Positions 54,421-63,225 of a stretch of DNA of 64,000 nt are shown here, one piece after another. This stretch comes from an uncultured Candidatus Saccharibacteria bacterium (GTDB lineage Bacteria; Patescibacteriota; Saccharimonadia; Saccharimonadales; CAZWFS01): the NCBI GenBank assembly GCA_964633325.1, contig CAZWFS010000002.1, positions 25,657 to 89,656 of the forward strand, given 5' to 3'. The notes under the pieces were generated by a model, which saw only the letters and a program-made list of their open reading frames with translations, did not search any database and was not told where the DNA came from. Positions within the stretch are counted from its first letter, which is position 1; each line of letters starts with the position of its first letter. A program made the translations under genes and the position numbers.

Positions 54421-54443
54421 ATTGATTTGAATCAATTATAGCA
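54421..54443 (-). promoter_or_regulatory. extended -10 (TGCTATAAT) overlapping a perfect 16-bp palindrome ATTGATT-TG-AATCAAT
   Basis: Read directly in the 214-bp gap upstream of pilM. Confidence 0.45.
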
Positions 54444-54487
54444 TAAGCAAAATCGGGTAACCAGCAAAATTAACTTACTAATTCCTC

Positions 54488-57187
54488 TCATAATACCGGG
54501 GGCATGCTGCTAATAGCGTCGTACTTGACAGCCGTGTCCGTTATAGTCGGAAGAGGGGCTGCCAGCCACATCTCTGGGCTGAAGCTGAAGACCTCGGCTA
54601 TGCTGGGGTCGGTGGCGGTCTCGGTGGGGATGCTGGCCCGTAGCGAGCCATTGGTACGCAGCAGCTTGATGGACCTGGCTATGAAGGAGCCATTAACCGT
54701 CAGGGCGGCCGGGACTGGGTTGCCGTCGCACTCGCTCATGAAGGTACCGTCCAGGTCAGGCAGGGCTCCGGTGATGCCGGTCCACTTGGCGCAGGTGTAG
54801 ATATTGCCGCGGGCATCGGCCGCGTCCGGCTGGGCCACATAGACCCCGTCCAGCTGGGTGACGTCCTTGTCTATATAGATGTTGCCTTTGGCTATTAGGT
54901 AGAAGGATGGGATGTTGGGGGCGGTCCAGGGCCCGGCGGCATAGGTGATGTTGGCGTCGATGAACACGTCGCCGTCCACGAAGACCTTGGTGGGCGTGGC
55001 TGCGGCGGGGATGACCGCTCCTGGGTGGGAGTATGGGCCGGTGATGATGGGTGCCGGGCCGGAAGTGCCGAAGTAGTTTGGGTTCGGGCAGCGGGAGTCC
55101 CTGAAGCCACCGCCGTAAGTTGAGCCGGCATCGGCCGGGTCACCGGCGTTGGCGAAAGTCAGGCCTTTGGGTGGTGTCGGCTCGGTCGGGCTGGCGGGCC
55201 CGGCCCGGCCAGCGGCAGAGCTGAACTCCTCTATCTTAGACATAGCCTGGGCAGCCAGCTGGGTAGCGGCGCCGGAACCGTCATCCTTGGCAAAGCCCAG
55301 GATGCGGCTGCCGGGTGTGGAGGCGGAACAGCCGACGCTATTGAACTCTGGCAGGCCGGCTAGGACGTCGCCGCCGTAGACACGGAAGTAAGGTTTGTTG
55401 GTGATAGTTTCGCAGCTCACGACGGGAGGCGCGGTGCTAGCAAACGTGATACTACCATCCGGATGGACCGTCCCGGAAGTAGGAGTGAGAGTGAGCCGTG
55501 AGCATATCTTGTCTCCGGCGGTGACTACAGGCATCGTGCTTGAGTCAGGCGGGCTAAATACGGTAGTGCCAGGCGGGAAAAGATTGGTCCGGGGGTTCGG
55601 CGGGCTCGGTCCGGTGGGCATAGGAATTTCCGTACCGGGAGGAGCACCTAGAGGTACGCGGAAGTACTTGCGGGTAGTAGTCAGGTTTACCCCAGCCGGT
55701 GGTGCCGGCCCTCCAGGGTCAGGATTAAAGGTAAGTGTCACCCTATTATCGAATATGGCACTTGTAGGATTCTCGGTATCGGGATCCAAAGAGGCCGTGG
55801 TGCTACCACTGGCCGTGAATCCCCAACATATAGGCGCAACGAATTCGGCCGTCGCCGAGTGCCTTGCATAATTCTGGTACCAGACGCGTACCCAGTACTT
55901 TGAGCCACGATTCAGCACCATCGTAGGTGGTTTTCCTAATTGGCCAGTGAAGCTATTTGGTGCCGGGGTCGTGAATACCCCGGCTGGAATTGGTTTGTTC
56001 CAAAACCCGTTGTTGTTCCAATCATTGTCACTATCGAAATCCACGTAATAAGGAGTCGACCCCAGCCCACCATCGGTCCAATTGACATTGGCGGTGACGA
56101 CGCCATTGATACACTGGGTGGTTATAACAGGTGGCGGCGGATTGCATTGCTTATCATAATAAAAGCTGTCGAACGGTACCCACATCTGCACACCGTTATT
56201 ACGGTTGACCTTGTACCATTTCCAGATATATACCTTGTCCGAGCGGGCAGTGAAGCTGATATCCCTATACTGGCCGTTACCCCCTATGTTCGGTGCTGTA
56301 CCGGCATCTATGTTCCGGATCAGGACAGCACCCCCTCCACCCGGGTCTGCTTCGAACAGCTCGAAACGTATCTGGGTGTCGCCAGGAAATTGTGCCCCGT
56401 CCGCTGGCAAGCCGCCGTTACTGGCCGCGTCGGCATCATTCCATCTGAGGAGAGCGGTCTGTGAGCCGGGCGCATTACAAGGTGGCGCAAATTCAAAGGT
56501 AAAATCAATTTCCGTATTGGTTGCATTGACTCGGTCCTGGACGGCGTAGCCGCCGCCGCCCGACCAGTAGCTGGCTGTTCCACAGCATGACTTGGACGCT
56601 ATCTTAAAGCCATTTATGCGTCCTTCTGCTGGTCCGCCAGTCGTCCAAACTGCCCTGGTATAGATGACGTAACGAAAGCCAGCCCCAGTATCGAGAGGAC
56701 CAGATGGAGGTGTAGGTACCCCAAAATCATTCCAGATGTTGTTAGCCAAGCTACTACTATTAATCGTCATAAAGGGCCATGGTTCCGGGGTGCTCCCGTT
56801 GGTTGCGGCATCGCCGAAGTAAAACTCATAGTTGACCGCCCCGGCATCAAAACATCCTGAGGCGCCAGAACCCTGGGAGTCATATTGGTTAGAACCACAG
56901 TTTGAGAAATCGCCATCAAGTATTTGCATCCTAAGAGGAGGTGCAGCAGGAGTATAGTACATCTTTCCCCAGCTTTCTGGGGCGTTTAGGGCTATCCCCG
57001 ATCCTGGCTGGCTAATCTCAAGTGTCACATACCAGTTCGGAGGTCCGCCGCCGGGAGTAGTAAAGCCATTACTGTCGGGAAGTTCGTAGGATACTGCTCC
57101 GACTGACGGAGATTGCCCAAGCAAAAAGAGTACTGAAACAAATGCCATAAAAAACAAACCAACTTTTAACTTACGATGCATTGTCAT
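54488..57187 (-). CDS. large secreted protein, T4P-flanking paralog 2
   Basis: Signal peptide, a unique N-terminal ~600 aa, and the shared C-terminal domain. The start overlaps the upstream stop (TAATG). Confidence 0.7.
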   Translation of the reverse strand: MTMHRKLKVGLFFMAFVSVLFLLGQSPSVGAVSYELPDSNGFTTPGGGPPNWYVTLEISQPGSGIALNAPESWGKMYYTPAAPPLRMQILDGDFSNCGSNQYDSQGSGASGCFDAGAVNYEFYFGDAATNGSTPEPWPFMTINSSSLANNIWNDFGVPTPPSGPLDTGAGFRYVIYTRAVWTTGGPAEGRINGFKIASKSCCGTASYWSGGGGYAVQDRVNATNTEIDFTFEFAPPCNAPGSQTALLRWNDADAASNGGLPADGAQFPGDTQIRFELFEADPGGGGAVLIRNIDAGTAPNIGGNGQYRDISFTARSDKVYIWKWYKVNRNNGVQMWVPFDSFYYDKQCNPPPPVITTQCINGVVTANVNWTDGGLGSTPYYVDFDSDNDWNNNGFWNKPIPAGVFTTPAPNSFTGQLGKPPTMVLNRGSKYWVRVWYQNYARHSATAEFVAPICWGFTASGSTTASLDPDTENPTSAIFDNRVTLTFNPDPGGPAPPAGVNLTTTRKYFRVPLGAPPGTEIPMPTGPSPPNPRTNLFPPGTTVFSPPDSSTMPVVTAGDKICSRLTLTPTSGTVHPDGSITFASTAPPVVSCETITNKPYFRVYGGDVLAGLPEFNSVGCSASTPGSRILGFAKDDGSGAATQLAAQAMSKIEEFSSAAGRAGPASPTEPTPPKGLTFANAGDPADAGSTYGGGFRDSRCPNPNYFGTSGPAPIITGPYSHPGAVIPAAATPTKVFVDGDVFIDANITYAAGPWTAPNIPSFYLIAKGNIYIDKDVTQLDGVYVAQPDAADARGNIYTCAKWTGITGALPDLDGTFMSECDGNPVPAALTVNGSFIARSIKLLRTNGSLRASIPTETATDPSIAEVFSFSPEMWLAAPLPTITDTAVKYDAISSMPPVL
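54555..55400. repeat. 846-bp direct repeat, copy 2
   Basis: See copy 1. Confidence 0.9.
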
Positions 57188-57765
57188 TATCCGCCTAAAG
57201 CCTTAATTTTTGCCTCGTACTGCCCGATCTGCATCTGGGTCGACTCCCCGGATTGGCCCCGCAACCTGTCCAGTACCTTGCGATAGCCAGCAATGGCTTT
57301 TTCCTTGTCTCCGACCTTCTCGGCCGCTCTGGCAATGTAAAGTGCCGTATTTTCCGAGCCAGGCTGCCCCGTCTGCTGAGCCCGTTCGAACCAGCTGATC
57401 GATTTATTCCAGTCACTTTGATAAAAGTATACGTTGCCAAGACGCGATGAGACGGCGTAGACCTGCTCTGGCTTAATAGCTTTCGGGGCATATCCCTCCA
57501 ACAGTTTTATCGCCCCGCCGTTGTCCTGAATAGCGATTAATTGGTCTGCCGAACTGATAGTAGTTTCGAACTCGGTCCGTCGTTGGCTGGCTTCCTGGGC
57601 TTTTTTGGATTCGTAAGTACGAAGCGCATAGAATACACCGCCCGCTACCAAACAAGAAGCCAAGACTATAAGAACGATCGTCTTTAATTTTTTGGAATTT
57701 CTTGGCGGGGCGTAAGGAGGCGGAGTCTCGTTAGTCGCATGTTCGAGTTTATATTTTTCGGCCAT
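57187..57765 (-). CDS. membrane-anchored TPR-repeat protein
   Basis: One TM followed by TPR-like repeats (YFYQSDWNKSISWFERAQ; ARAAEKVGDKEKAIAGYRKVLD). Confidence 0.55.
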   Translation of the reverse strand: MAEKYKLEHATNETPPPYAPPRNSKKLKTIVLIVLASCLVAGGVFYALRTYESKKAQEASQRRTEFETTISSADQLIAIQDNGGAIKLLEGYAPKAIKPEQVYAVSSRLGNVYFYQSDWNKSISWFERAQQTGQPGSENTALYIARAAEKVGDKEKAIAGYRKVLDRLRGQSGESTQMQIGQYEAKIKALGG

Positions 57766-57899
57766 GAAGACAAAGCTACCTTTAACTGATCTATGCTAAT
57801 AATAGCAAAAGCGTTTCAAAAGTTCACTACCTTATTAACCGTCCTTCCGTCGACAAGAACTACATAAAGTACTCCTTGGACTCTGTTACAATGACGTCT

Positions 57900-58979
57900 A
57901 TGGCCTCCTTATCGATCGGTATCGTGGGATTGCCGAATGTCGGCAAGTCGACACTTTTTAACGCACTGACCGATAATTCCGTACTAGCGGCTAATTACCC
58001 TTTTGCCACGATTGAACCTAATACCGGCATAGTTCCTATTCCGGATGAGCGACTCGGTGAGCTAGCCATGCTCTATGAGACGGAAAAAATCGTGCCGGCT
58101 ACAGTCACTTTCGTGGATATAGCCGGCCTGGTCGCCGGCGCGGCCAAAGGCGAGGGGCTTGGCAACCAATTTCTGGCGCATATACGTAGCTGTAACGCCA
58201 TCGTCCAGGTGGTAAGGGCATTTGAGGATCCCAATGTTCAGCACGTCGACCAACAGTATGATCCCCTAAAAGATATAGAGGTTATCAATACAGAGCTTGT
58301 CTTGGCCGACCTTCAAACCGTAGAAAAACGCCTACCGAAAATAGAAAAAGAAGCCAAGACCGACTCCAAATTACGTCCTATTTATGAAACCCTGGCCAAG
58401 GCTCAAGCCCTACTGGATGAAGGCACGTCGCTTTCCAAGGTAAGAGATTTAGATTTTAGCCATGCTACCGATTTGCAGCTGTTGACCGTTAAGCCGCTAA
58501 TTTACTTGTTCAATGTTGACGAGCAGACTCTGGGTGACGATTCCAAAAGATCAGAATTATCTGGCCTAGCCGCACCATCCCAGGCCCTGTTTGTTTGCGC
58601 CAAGTTGGAGAGTGAATTACGTGGTCTAGATACTGAGGATGCTCAGGAGTTATTAGAGAGTTATGGCCAAACACAAACTGGGCTTATCCAGTTAATACAT
58701 ACCGCATATGATGTATTGGGCCTACAAAGTTTCCTGACTGCCGGCGAAAAAGAAGTCCGGGCCTGGACTATTGCCAAAGGCGCTACCACCCCGCAAGCCG
58801 CCGGGGTCATACACGGAGATTTTGAACGCGGGTTTATAGCAGCAGAAGTTGTGAGTTACACCGATCTAGTAGCCGCCGGCTCCCTCCAAGCCGCCCGCGC
58901 AGCTGGCAAAGTGCGTACCGAAGGTAAAACTTACGTCATGCGGCCGGACGATGTAGTGGAATTTAGGTTCAACGTCTAG
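57900..58979 (+). CDS. ychF: ribosome-binding ATPase YchF
   Basis: GIVGLPNVGKSTLFNALT and a C-terminal TGS-like domain. Start set at the internal Met. Confidence 0.9.
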   Translation: MASLSIGIVGLPNVGKSTLFNALTDNSVLAANYPFATIEPNTGIVPIPDERLGELAMLYETEKIVPATVTFVDIAGLVAGAAKGEGLGNQFLAHIRSCNAIVQVVRAFEDPNVQHVDQQYDPLKDIEVINTELVLADLQTVEKRLPKIEKEAKTDSKLRPIYETLAKAQALLDEGTSLSKVRDLDFSHATDLQLLTVKPLIYLFNVDEQTLGDDSKRSELSGLAAPSQALFVCAKLESELRGLDTEDAQELLESYGQTQTGLIQLIHTAYDVLGLQSFLTAGEKEVRAWTIAKGATTPQAAGVIHGDFERGFIAAEVVSYTDLVAAGSLQAARAAGKVRTEGKTYVMRPDDVVEFRFNV

Positions 58980-58983
58980 CGGA

Positions 58984-59640
58984 TCAGCGCCAGTTCAGAG
59001 CCGTTACACGGATTATTTCCAAGGCACCCTCATGGTCTGGCAAATCCTGTTCCTCGTAGTAGTGGTTGGTGTTGATATAATTGTCCAGCACGCTCAAGCA
59101 ATAGACATCATCGGCAAGCATGTGCATCCGGTCGATCGCCTGGACGCTTGCAATAGGCGCAGCCACGATAAGCCGTTTCATTTGGATAGGCTTTAGGAAT
59201 TGGACGGCGGCGTCAAGCGAGAAGCCGCTACTGAAACCATCCGAAACCAGGATGACGTTATGATGCCGCAACAGTTCCCTGGACACCATCCCCTCAGCCC
59301 CTAGGATATGGTTTATTTGGTGGAATTTCTCCATCTTCTCCTGCTCGATGAAATTATGATACTCTCCGGTAAATTCTTCCAGCTCTCCAGCCGAGAACAT
59401 ATTGTTATAGGTCATGCTGCCTTCTTGGTCCACAGTCGCGAGGGCGTCAGGCTCCCGGGGCAGCATTATAGGCGCAGTCAGCAACATCGAGACACCACAG
59501 TGCAAGCGGACAGCGATCTCGCTGGCCACAACTACGCCCCCATTGGTCAGCGACAATATGGCCGAGTTCTCTTGGCGGTATTTCGGAGCGAGCTGCTCCG
59601 CCAATTTCTCACCCGCCTCTTTGCGGTCCTTAAAATACAT
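58984..59640 (-). CDS. phosphoribosyltransferase-family protein
   Basis: MYFKDRKEAGEKLAEQL..., a PRTase-like VILVSDG motif. Confidence 0.65.
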   Translation of the reverse strand: MYFKDRKEAGEKLAEQLAPKYRQENSAILSLTNGGVVVASEIAVRLHCGVSMLLTAPIMLPREPDALATVDQEGSMTYNNMFSAGELEEFTGEYHNFIEQEKMEKFHQINHILGAEGMVSRELLRHHNVILVSDGFSSGFSLDAAVQFLKPIQMKRLIVAAPIASVQAIDRMHMLADDVYCLSVLDNYINTNHYYEEQDLPDHEGALEIIRVTALNWR

Positions 59641-59674
59641 GTATATAAAAGTCTATCATACTTCACCCGCCCGC

Positions 59675-60445
59675 CTAGTTTCCGCCAGTCACTAGTTTTC
59701 TAAGCATATAGAACCGCTCGACATTACCCTTTGAGCCAGCTACTTCCGAATCAGCCTTCCGGACTATGATGAACAAATCTCGTACCCAGGCTTCAAAACC
59801 CTTTAACACCTCCCGCCGCAGCTTATCATTTTTGATTACCCCTTTATTCTTGATGCTGGCTCCCGATTCGAACTGTGGTTTTACCATGGTTATCACCACA
59901 GACTTATCGGTCACGAGCCTTGATACGCTGGGCAGGATTTCGCGCAAGCTTACGAAGCTCACATCAATTAGGACTATGTCTGCTTTTTCTATCTTTATTT
60001 CTTCATTCTTACTACTTTCCTCTGTCTGTCGCGGACGGACATTCCTTATGTCGGTCTGCTCGTACAGTTCGACTCTTTTATCACTCTTAAGCGTCGGGTG
60101 CATCTGTCCCGTACCGACGTCTACGGCTATCACACGCTTGGCGCCCTGCCTTAAGGCATAGTCAGTGAAACCGCCGGTGGACGACCCCACATCCAGCACC
60201 GTCTTGTTTTTGAAATCGAAATTAAAGACGCTGGCGACGGAAGCAAGCTTCAGTGCCGCCCGCGAAACGTATTGCTCTTTGGCCGTGACTTTTATATTGT
60301 CCGCATCAGACACGAAAAGTCCGGGCTTGCTGATAGTCCGATTCCCCACCCTGACATATCCCAACTTAATATAGCTCTCCGCCTGGCTGCGGGAGCTAAC
60401 TAAACCCCGGCGCACCAATTCTTGATCAAGCCGCTTTTTGCTCAC
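59675..60445 (-). CDS. tlyA: TlyA-family rRNA 2'-O-methyltransferase
   Basis: S4 domain (KKRLDQELVRRGLVSSRSQA) plus an FtsJ-like SAM motif VLDVGSSTGGFTD. Confidence 0.85.
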   Translation of the reverse strand: MSKKRLDQELVRRGLVSSRSQAESYIKLGYVRVGNRTISKPGLFVSDADNIKVTAKEQYVSRAALKLASVASVFNFDFKNKTVLDVGSSTGGFTDYALRQGAKRVIAVDVGTGQMHPTLKSDKRVELYEQTDIRNVRPRQTEESSKNEEIKIEKADIVLIDVSFVSLREILPSVSRLVTDKSVVITMVKPQFESGASIKNKGVIKNDKLRREVLKGFEAWVRDLFIIVRKADSEVAGSKGNVERFYMLRKLVTGGN

Positions 60446-60483
60446 CCGTTACCACCTCTACAAAGAATTCTTTGGTGCACGGC

Positions 60484-61050
60484 TTAGTTCTTTACGCGCT
60501 CACGGTAGGCGCCGGTGGCCGTATCGACACTTATAACGTCATCTTGCTTTATAAACGCCGGCACCTTTATGGTGATGCCGGTTTCCAGCTGGGCGTCCTT
60601 GGTTATTGAAGATGAAGTATCTCCGCGGACAGCGGTTTCCGTATACGTTACCTTTAACGGCACGTTCTTGGACAGCTCAATATTGATAACCTGGCCGTTG
60701 AATAGCTGGGCCTGGACACGATCCCCCTCCTTCATATATCCAGCCTGTTCGCCGATAACTTTGGCGGATAGCTCGAACTGTTCGTAATTACCTTCGTCCA
60801 TGAAATAGAATTTGGCACCGTCATTATATAGGTACTGTACGCTCTTATTATTAACGTCGGCTGCCTCTAACTGTTCATTACCCTTGAAGGTCTTATCCAG
60901 AACGCGTCCGTCGGCTAAACTTTTGATTCGTACGTTAACTATGCTGCCGCCCCGCCCCATAACCTTCTGGGCATACTCAACTACTTTATACGGCACCTCT
61001 TCCCACTGGAAAATCGTTCCCTTCTTAAGATCAGTTACTCCTAAAGCCAT
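60484..61050 (-). CDS. efp: elongation factor P
   Basis: Full-length EF-P-like sequence (DLKKGTIFQWEEVPYKVVEYAQKVMGRGGS). Confidence 0.95.
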   Translation of the reverse strand: MALGVTDLKKGTIFQWEEVPYKVVEYAQKVMGRGGSIVNVRIKSLADGRVLDKTFKGNEQLEAADVNNKSVQYLYNDGAKFYFMDEGNYEQFELSAKVIGEQAGYMKEGDRVQAQLFNGQVINIELSKNVPLKVTYTETAVRGDTSSSITKDAQLETGITIKVPAFIKQDDVISVDTATGAYRERVKN

Positions 61051-61062
61051 GTCATAAAGTTC

Positions 61063-61368
61063 TTAATAATTATCGAATTTGCGCAGACTCATGCGAAGAT
61101 GTTCGAAGTTGTCATGCAGAAAGTCCGCATCGCGGTTATCCATGACCGGTGGCGTCCCCCGGTCGACGTCTTTCAACATGCGCTGAAGCTGTTTGATGCG
61201 TTCCTCGATGCTGCGCGGGTTTTTGTTCATCTCAAACTCATCCACGATCCGCTGAATTTCGTTTTCCAGAGTACGGGCCACCGGCTGACTTTTATCATCC
61301 AGCATATCCCGAAACTTGTGCTGCATCCGTACCGCCTGCTCCCTTGCCGCCTTATACTGTGGATTCAT
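61063..61368 (-). CDS. hypothetical helical protein
   Basis: ORF only. Confidence 0.45.
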   Translation of the reverse strand: MNPQYKAAREQAVRMQHKFRDMLDDKSQPVARTLENEIQRIVDEFEMNKNPRSIEERIKQLQRMLKDVDRGTPPVMDNRDADFLHDNFEHLRMSLRKFDNY

Positions 61369-61386
61369 AATCTACTCCATTCTCTT

Positions 61387-61509
61387 AGGACTTTCGCATA
61401 ATAGTGCAGTTTGGGATGAAAAGCGAGCACCGTAAGGGAGCCGTACGGGGAACGTACGGTGAGTGCGGAGCACAGGTTTTCGCCCAAAATGTGCATTATG
61501 GAAAGTCCT
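61387..61509. repeat. 123-nt end-to-end hairpin element, copy 2
   Basis: Homologous to 35743-35868; starts 3 nt beyond the rpsR stop. Confidence 0.75.
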
Positions 61510-61511
61510 AC

Positions 61512-61715
61512 TTAGCCGTTTGCAACGAATGGTAACAGGGCAATGTGCCTGGCGCGCTTGATGGCCGTTGCCAATCGTCGCTGCTGACTCTCTGTTAATC
61601 CAGTCTTCTTGCGGTTCTCTATCTGTCCATACTGGTTAATATACCGCTGCAAGGTCTTGAAATCCTTGTAGTCAAAAAACGCCACGTCCGTCCGATGTTT
61701 AAAAATCTTCGCCAT
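61512..61715 (-). CDS. rpsR: 30S ribosomal protein S18
   Basis: FFDYKDFKTLQRYINQYGQIENRKKTGL...AIKRARHIALLPF. Start set at MAKIF. Confidence 0.9.
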   Translation of the reverse strand: MAKIFKHRTDVAFFDYKDFKTLQRYINQYGQIENRKKTGLTESQQRRLATAIKRARHIALLPFVANG

Positions 61716-61728
61716 AATTATATTCCTT

Positions 61729-62007
61729 TCAAATTTTACGTGAAGGGCAGTTGTCTTCTGCAATTTTTTTGGCTGCGCTAACCACTACGTCAAACTCAGG
61801 GGGTTGGTTATCTGAAAAATTTTTCCTGAATTGATTATTTTCGTCTGTCCATCTATATAACGTATCGAATGAAGCCGCTTGCACTTGTCCAACTGTATGC
61901 TGAGCAAATACTGCATCGAGAGTTCTAGCCATTCCAAGCCGCGACTCATCCACTAAATTGTTTCCTGGGCAATTTTCACATGGATTTGTAAAACAAGTCT
62001 CTGGCAT
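61729..62007 (-). CDS. Cys-containing hypothetical protein inserted between ssb and rpsR
   Basis: A 92-aa ORF with an N-terminal CxxxxCxxC. Confidence 0.4.
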   Translation of the reverse strand: MPETCFTNPCENCPGNNLVDESRLGMARTLDAVFAQHTVGQVQAASFDTLYRWTDENNQFRKNFSDNQPPEFDVVVSAAKKIAEDNCPSRKI

Positions 62008-62014
62008 GTATCTC

Positions 62015-62500
62015 CTAAAATGGTATATCGTCTAAATTAATTGGTTCGTCGCCTATGTCTTCAATAACAATATCATCTTTCTTGGTTGCTTTTGTGGTTT
62101 TAGCAGTTTCCTCGACGCCGTTATCACTGTTTCCACTACCAGAATTGCCGCCTTGGCCACCTCCGCCACCAGCTCCCCCTAGAAACGTTACGTCTTGGGC
62201 AACTACCTCAACTTTACTTCGTTTCTGCCCGTCCTGTTCCCAGTTACTGCTCTGCAGGCGCCCATTTACCAGACAGGGCCGTCCCTTGGTCAGATATTGC
62301 GCCACGCGCTCACCGAGTGGTCCCCAAGCCACGATGTTGATGAAATCCGTGGCTTCCTGCCATTCGCCGTTGGAGCCCTTGTAACTGCGATTCAACGCCA
62401 GTCCGAAGCTGCAGACGCTCTGCCCGCTGGGCGTTTGCCTTAGCTCCGGATCGCGGGTCAGGTTACCCATTAATATTACTTGGTTAAAACTACGTGCCAT
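62015..62500 (-). CDS. ssb: single-stranded DNA-binding protein
   Basis: OB-fold N-terminus (NQVILMGNLTRDPELR), a Gly-rich linker, and an acidic tail ending DDIPF. Confidence 0.9.
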   Translation of the reverse strand: MARSFNQVILMGNLTRDPELRQTPSGQSVCSFGLALNRSYKGSNGEWQEATDFINIVAWGPLGERVAQYLTKGRPCLVNGRLQSSNWEQDGQKRSKVEVVAQDVTFLGGAGGGGGQGGNSGSGNSDNGVEETAKTTKATKKDDIVIEDIGDEPINLDDIPF

Positions 62501-62619
62501 AACGGCATTCCTCCTTGTAGGAACTATGTCCTTTATATTGATATTTTTTAATGTACGCCCTGCCCCGTTAACTCGTCAACCCACAAATGTTGTTATCTAG
62601 CAGGCTACAGACCTATCAA

Positions 62620-63033
62620 TTATCTGTCTTCAGAGCGTCTACTAAAATTGGCAGTTTGTTCCTCATCTTTTTCTTTGTCGTCCCTATCACCCCGCTCGGC
62701 CGCTTTAGCGGCTTTTTCCTTCTTGGCAGTTTCTGCCTTGGCGATTGCCTTTAGGTCGGGGCGGGTAAGCAGGAAACGGATTACTTCATCGGTAATATTT
62801 AGCGTATGTTCTACCTTCTGCACGCTTTCAGCCGGCAGATCCACCGTATAGAAAACGTATAATGCATGCTCGCTCTTCTTGATTGGGTAGGCTAATCTGC
62901 GCTTGCCCCAATTGTCGACATTGGCGACCTTGCCGCCATTGTCCGTTAATATTTTTTCCACCTTCTTGGTGGCCTTGTCCAGATCTATCTCTAAATCCGG
63001 ATGATACAATACGGCAATTTCGTATTGATTCAA
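62620..63033 (-). CDS. rpsF: 30S ribosomal protein S6
   Basis: MNQYEIAVLYHPDLE...WGKRRLAYPI, TTG start after GGAAGGAG. Confidence 0.9.
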   Translation of the reverse strand: MNQYEIAVLYHPDLEIDLDKATKKVEKILTDNGGKVANVDNWGKRRLAYPIKKSEHALYVFYTVDLPAESVQKVEHTLNITDEVIRFLLTRPDLKAIAKAETAKKEKAAKAAERGDRDDKEKDEEQTANFSRRSEDR

Positions 63034-63225
63034 ATGAACTCCTTCCTTTGGCTTACCCGGCTGTCTTGCAGACGGCCGGGTTTAAGACTGCGTGCTCTAA
63101 AGTTGGCCGCAACCTGAAGCTAGTCTCTAGCTCACAACACTCTACCTTATTCACCCCTGTAGGTCAACTATACTAATACAAATAGTGCAAGTTCACGTGA
63201 CGCGTAAAGAATTTGGTGACGCCGT

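Noticed and set aside
38629-55400. Diversity-generating retroelement (TR/VR pair) as the explanation for the repeated C-terminal segment.
   Set aside because: The copies appear identical rather than differing at adenines. The tract is 846 bp, far longer than a TR/VR. No reverse transcriptase is present in the window.
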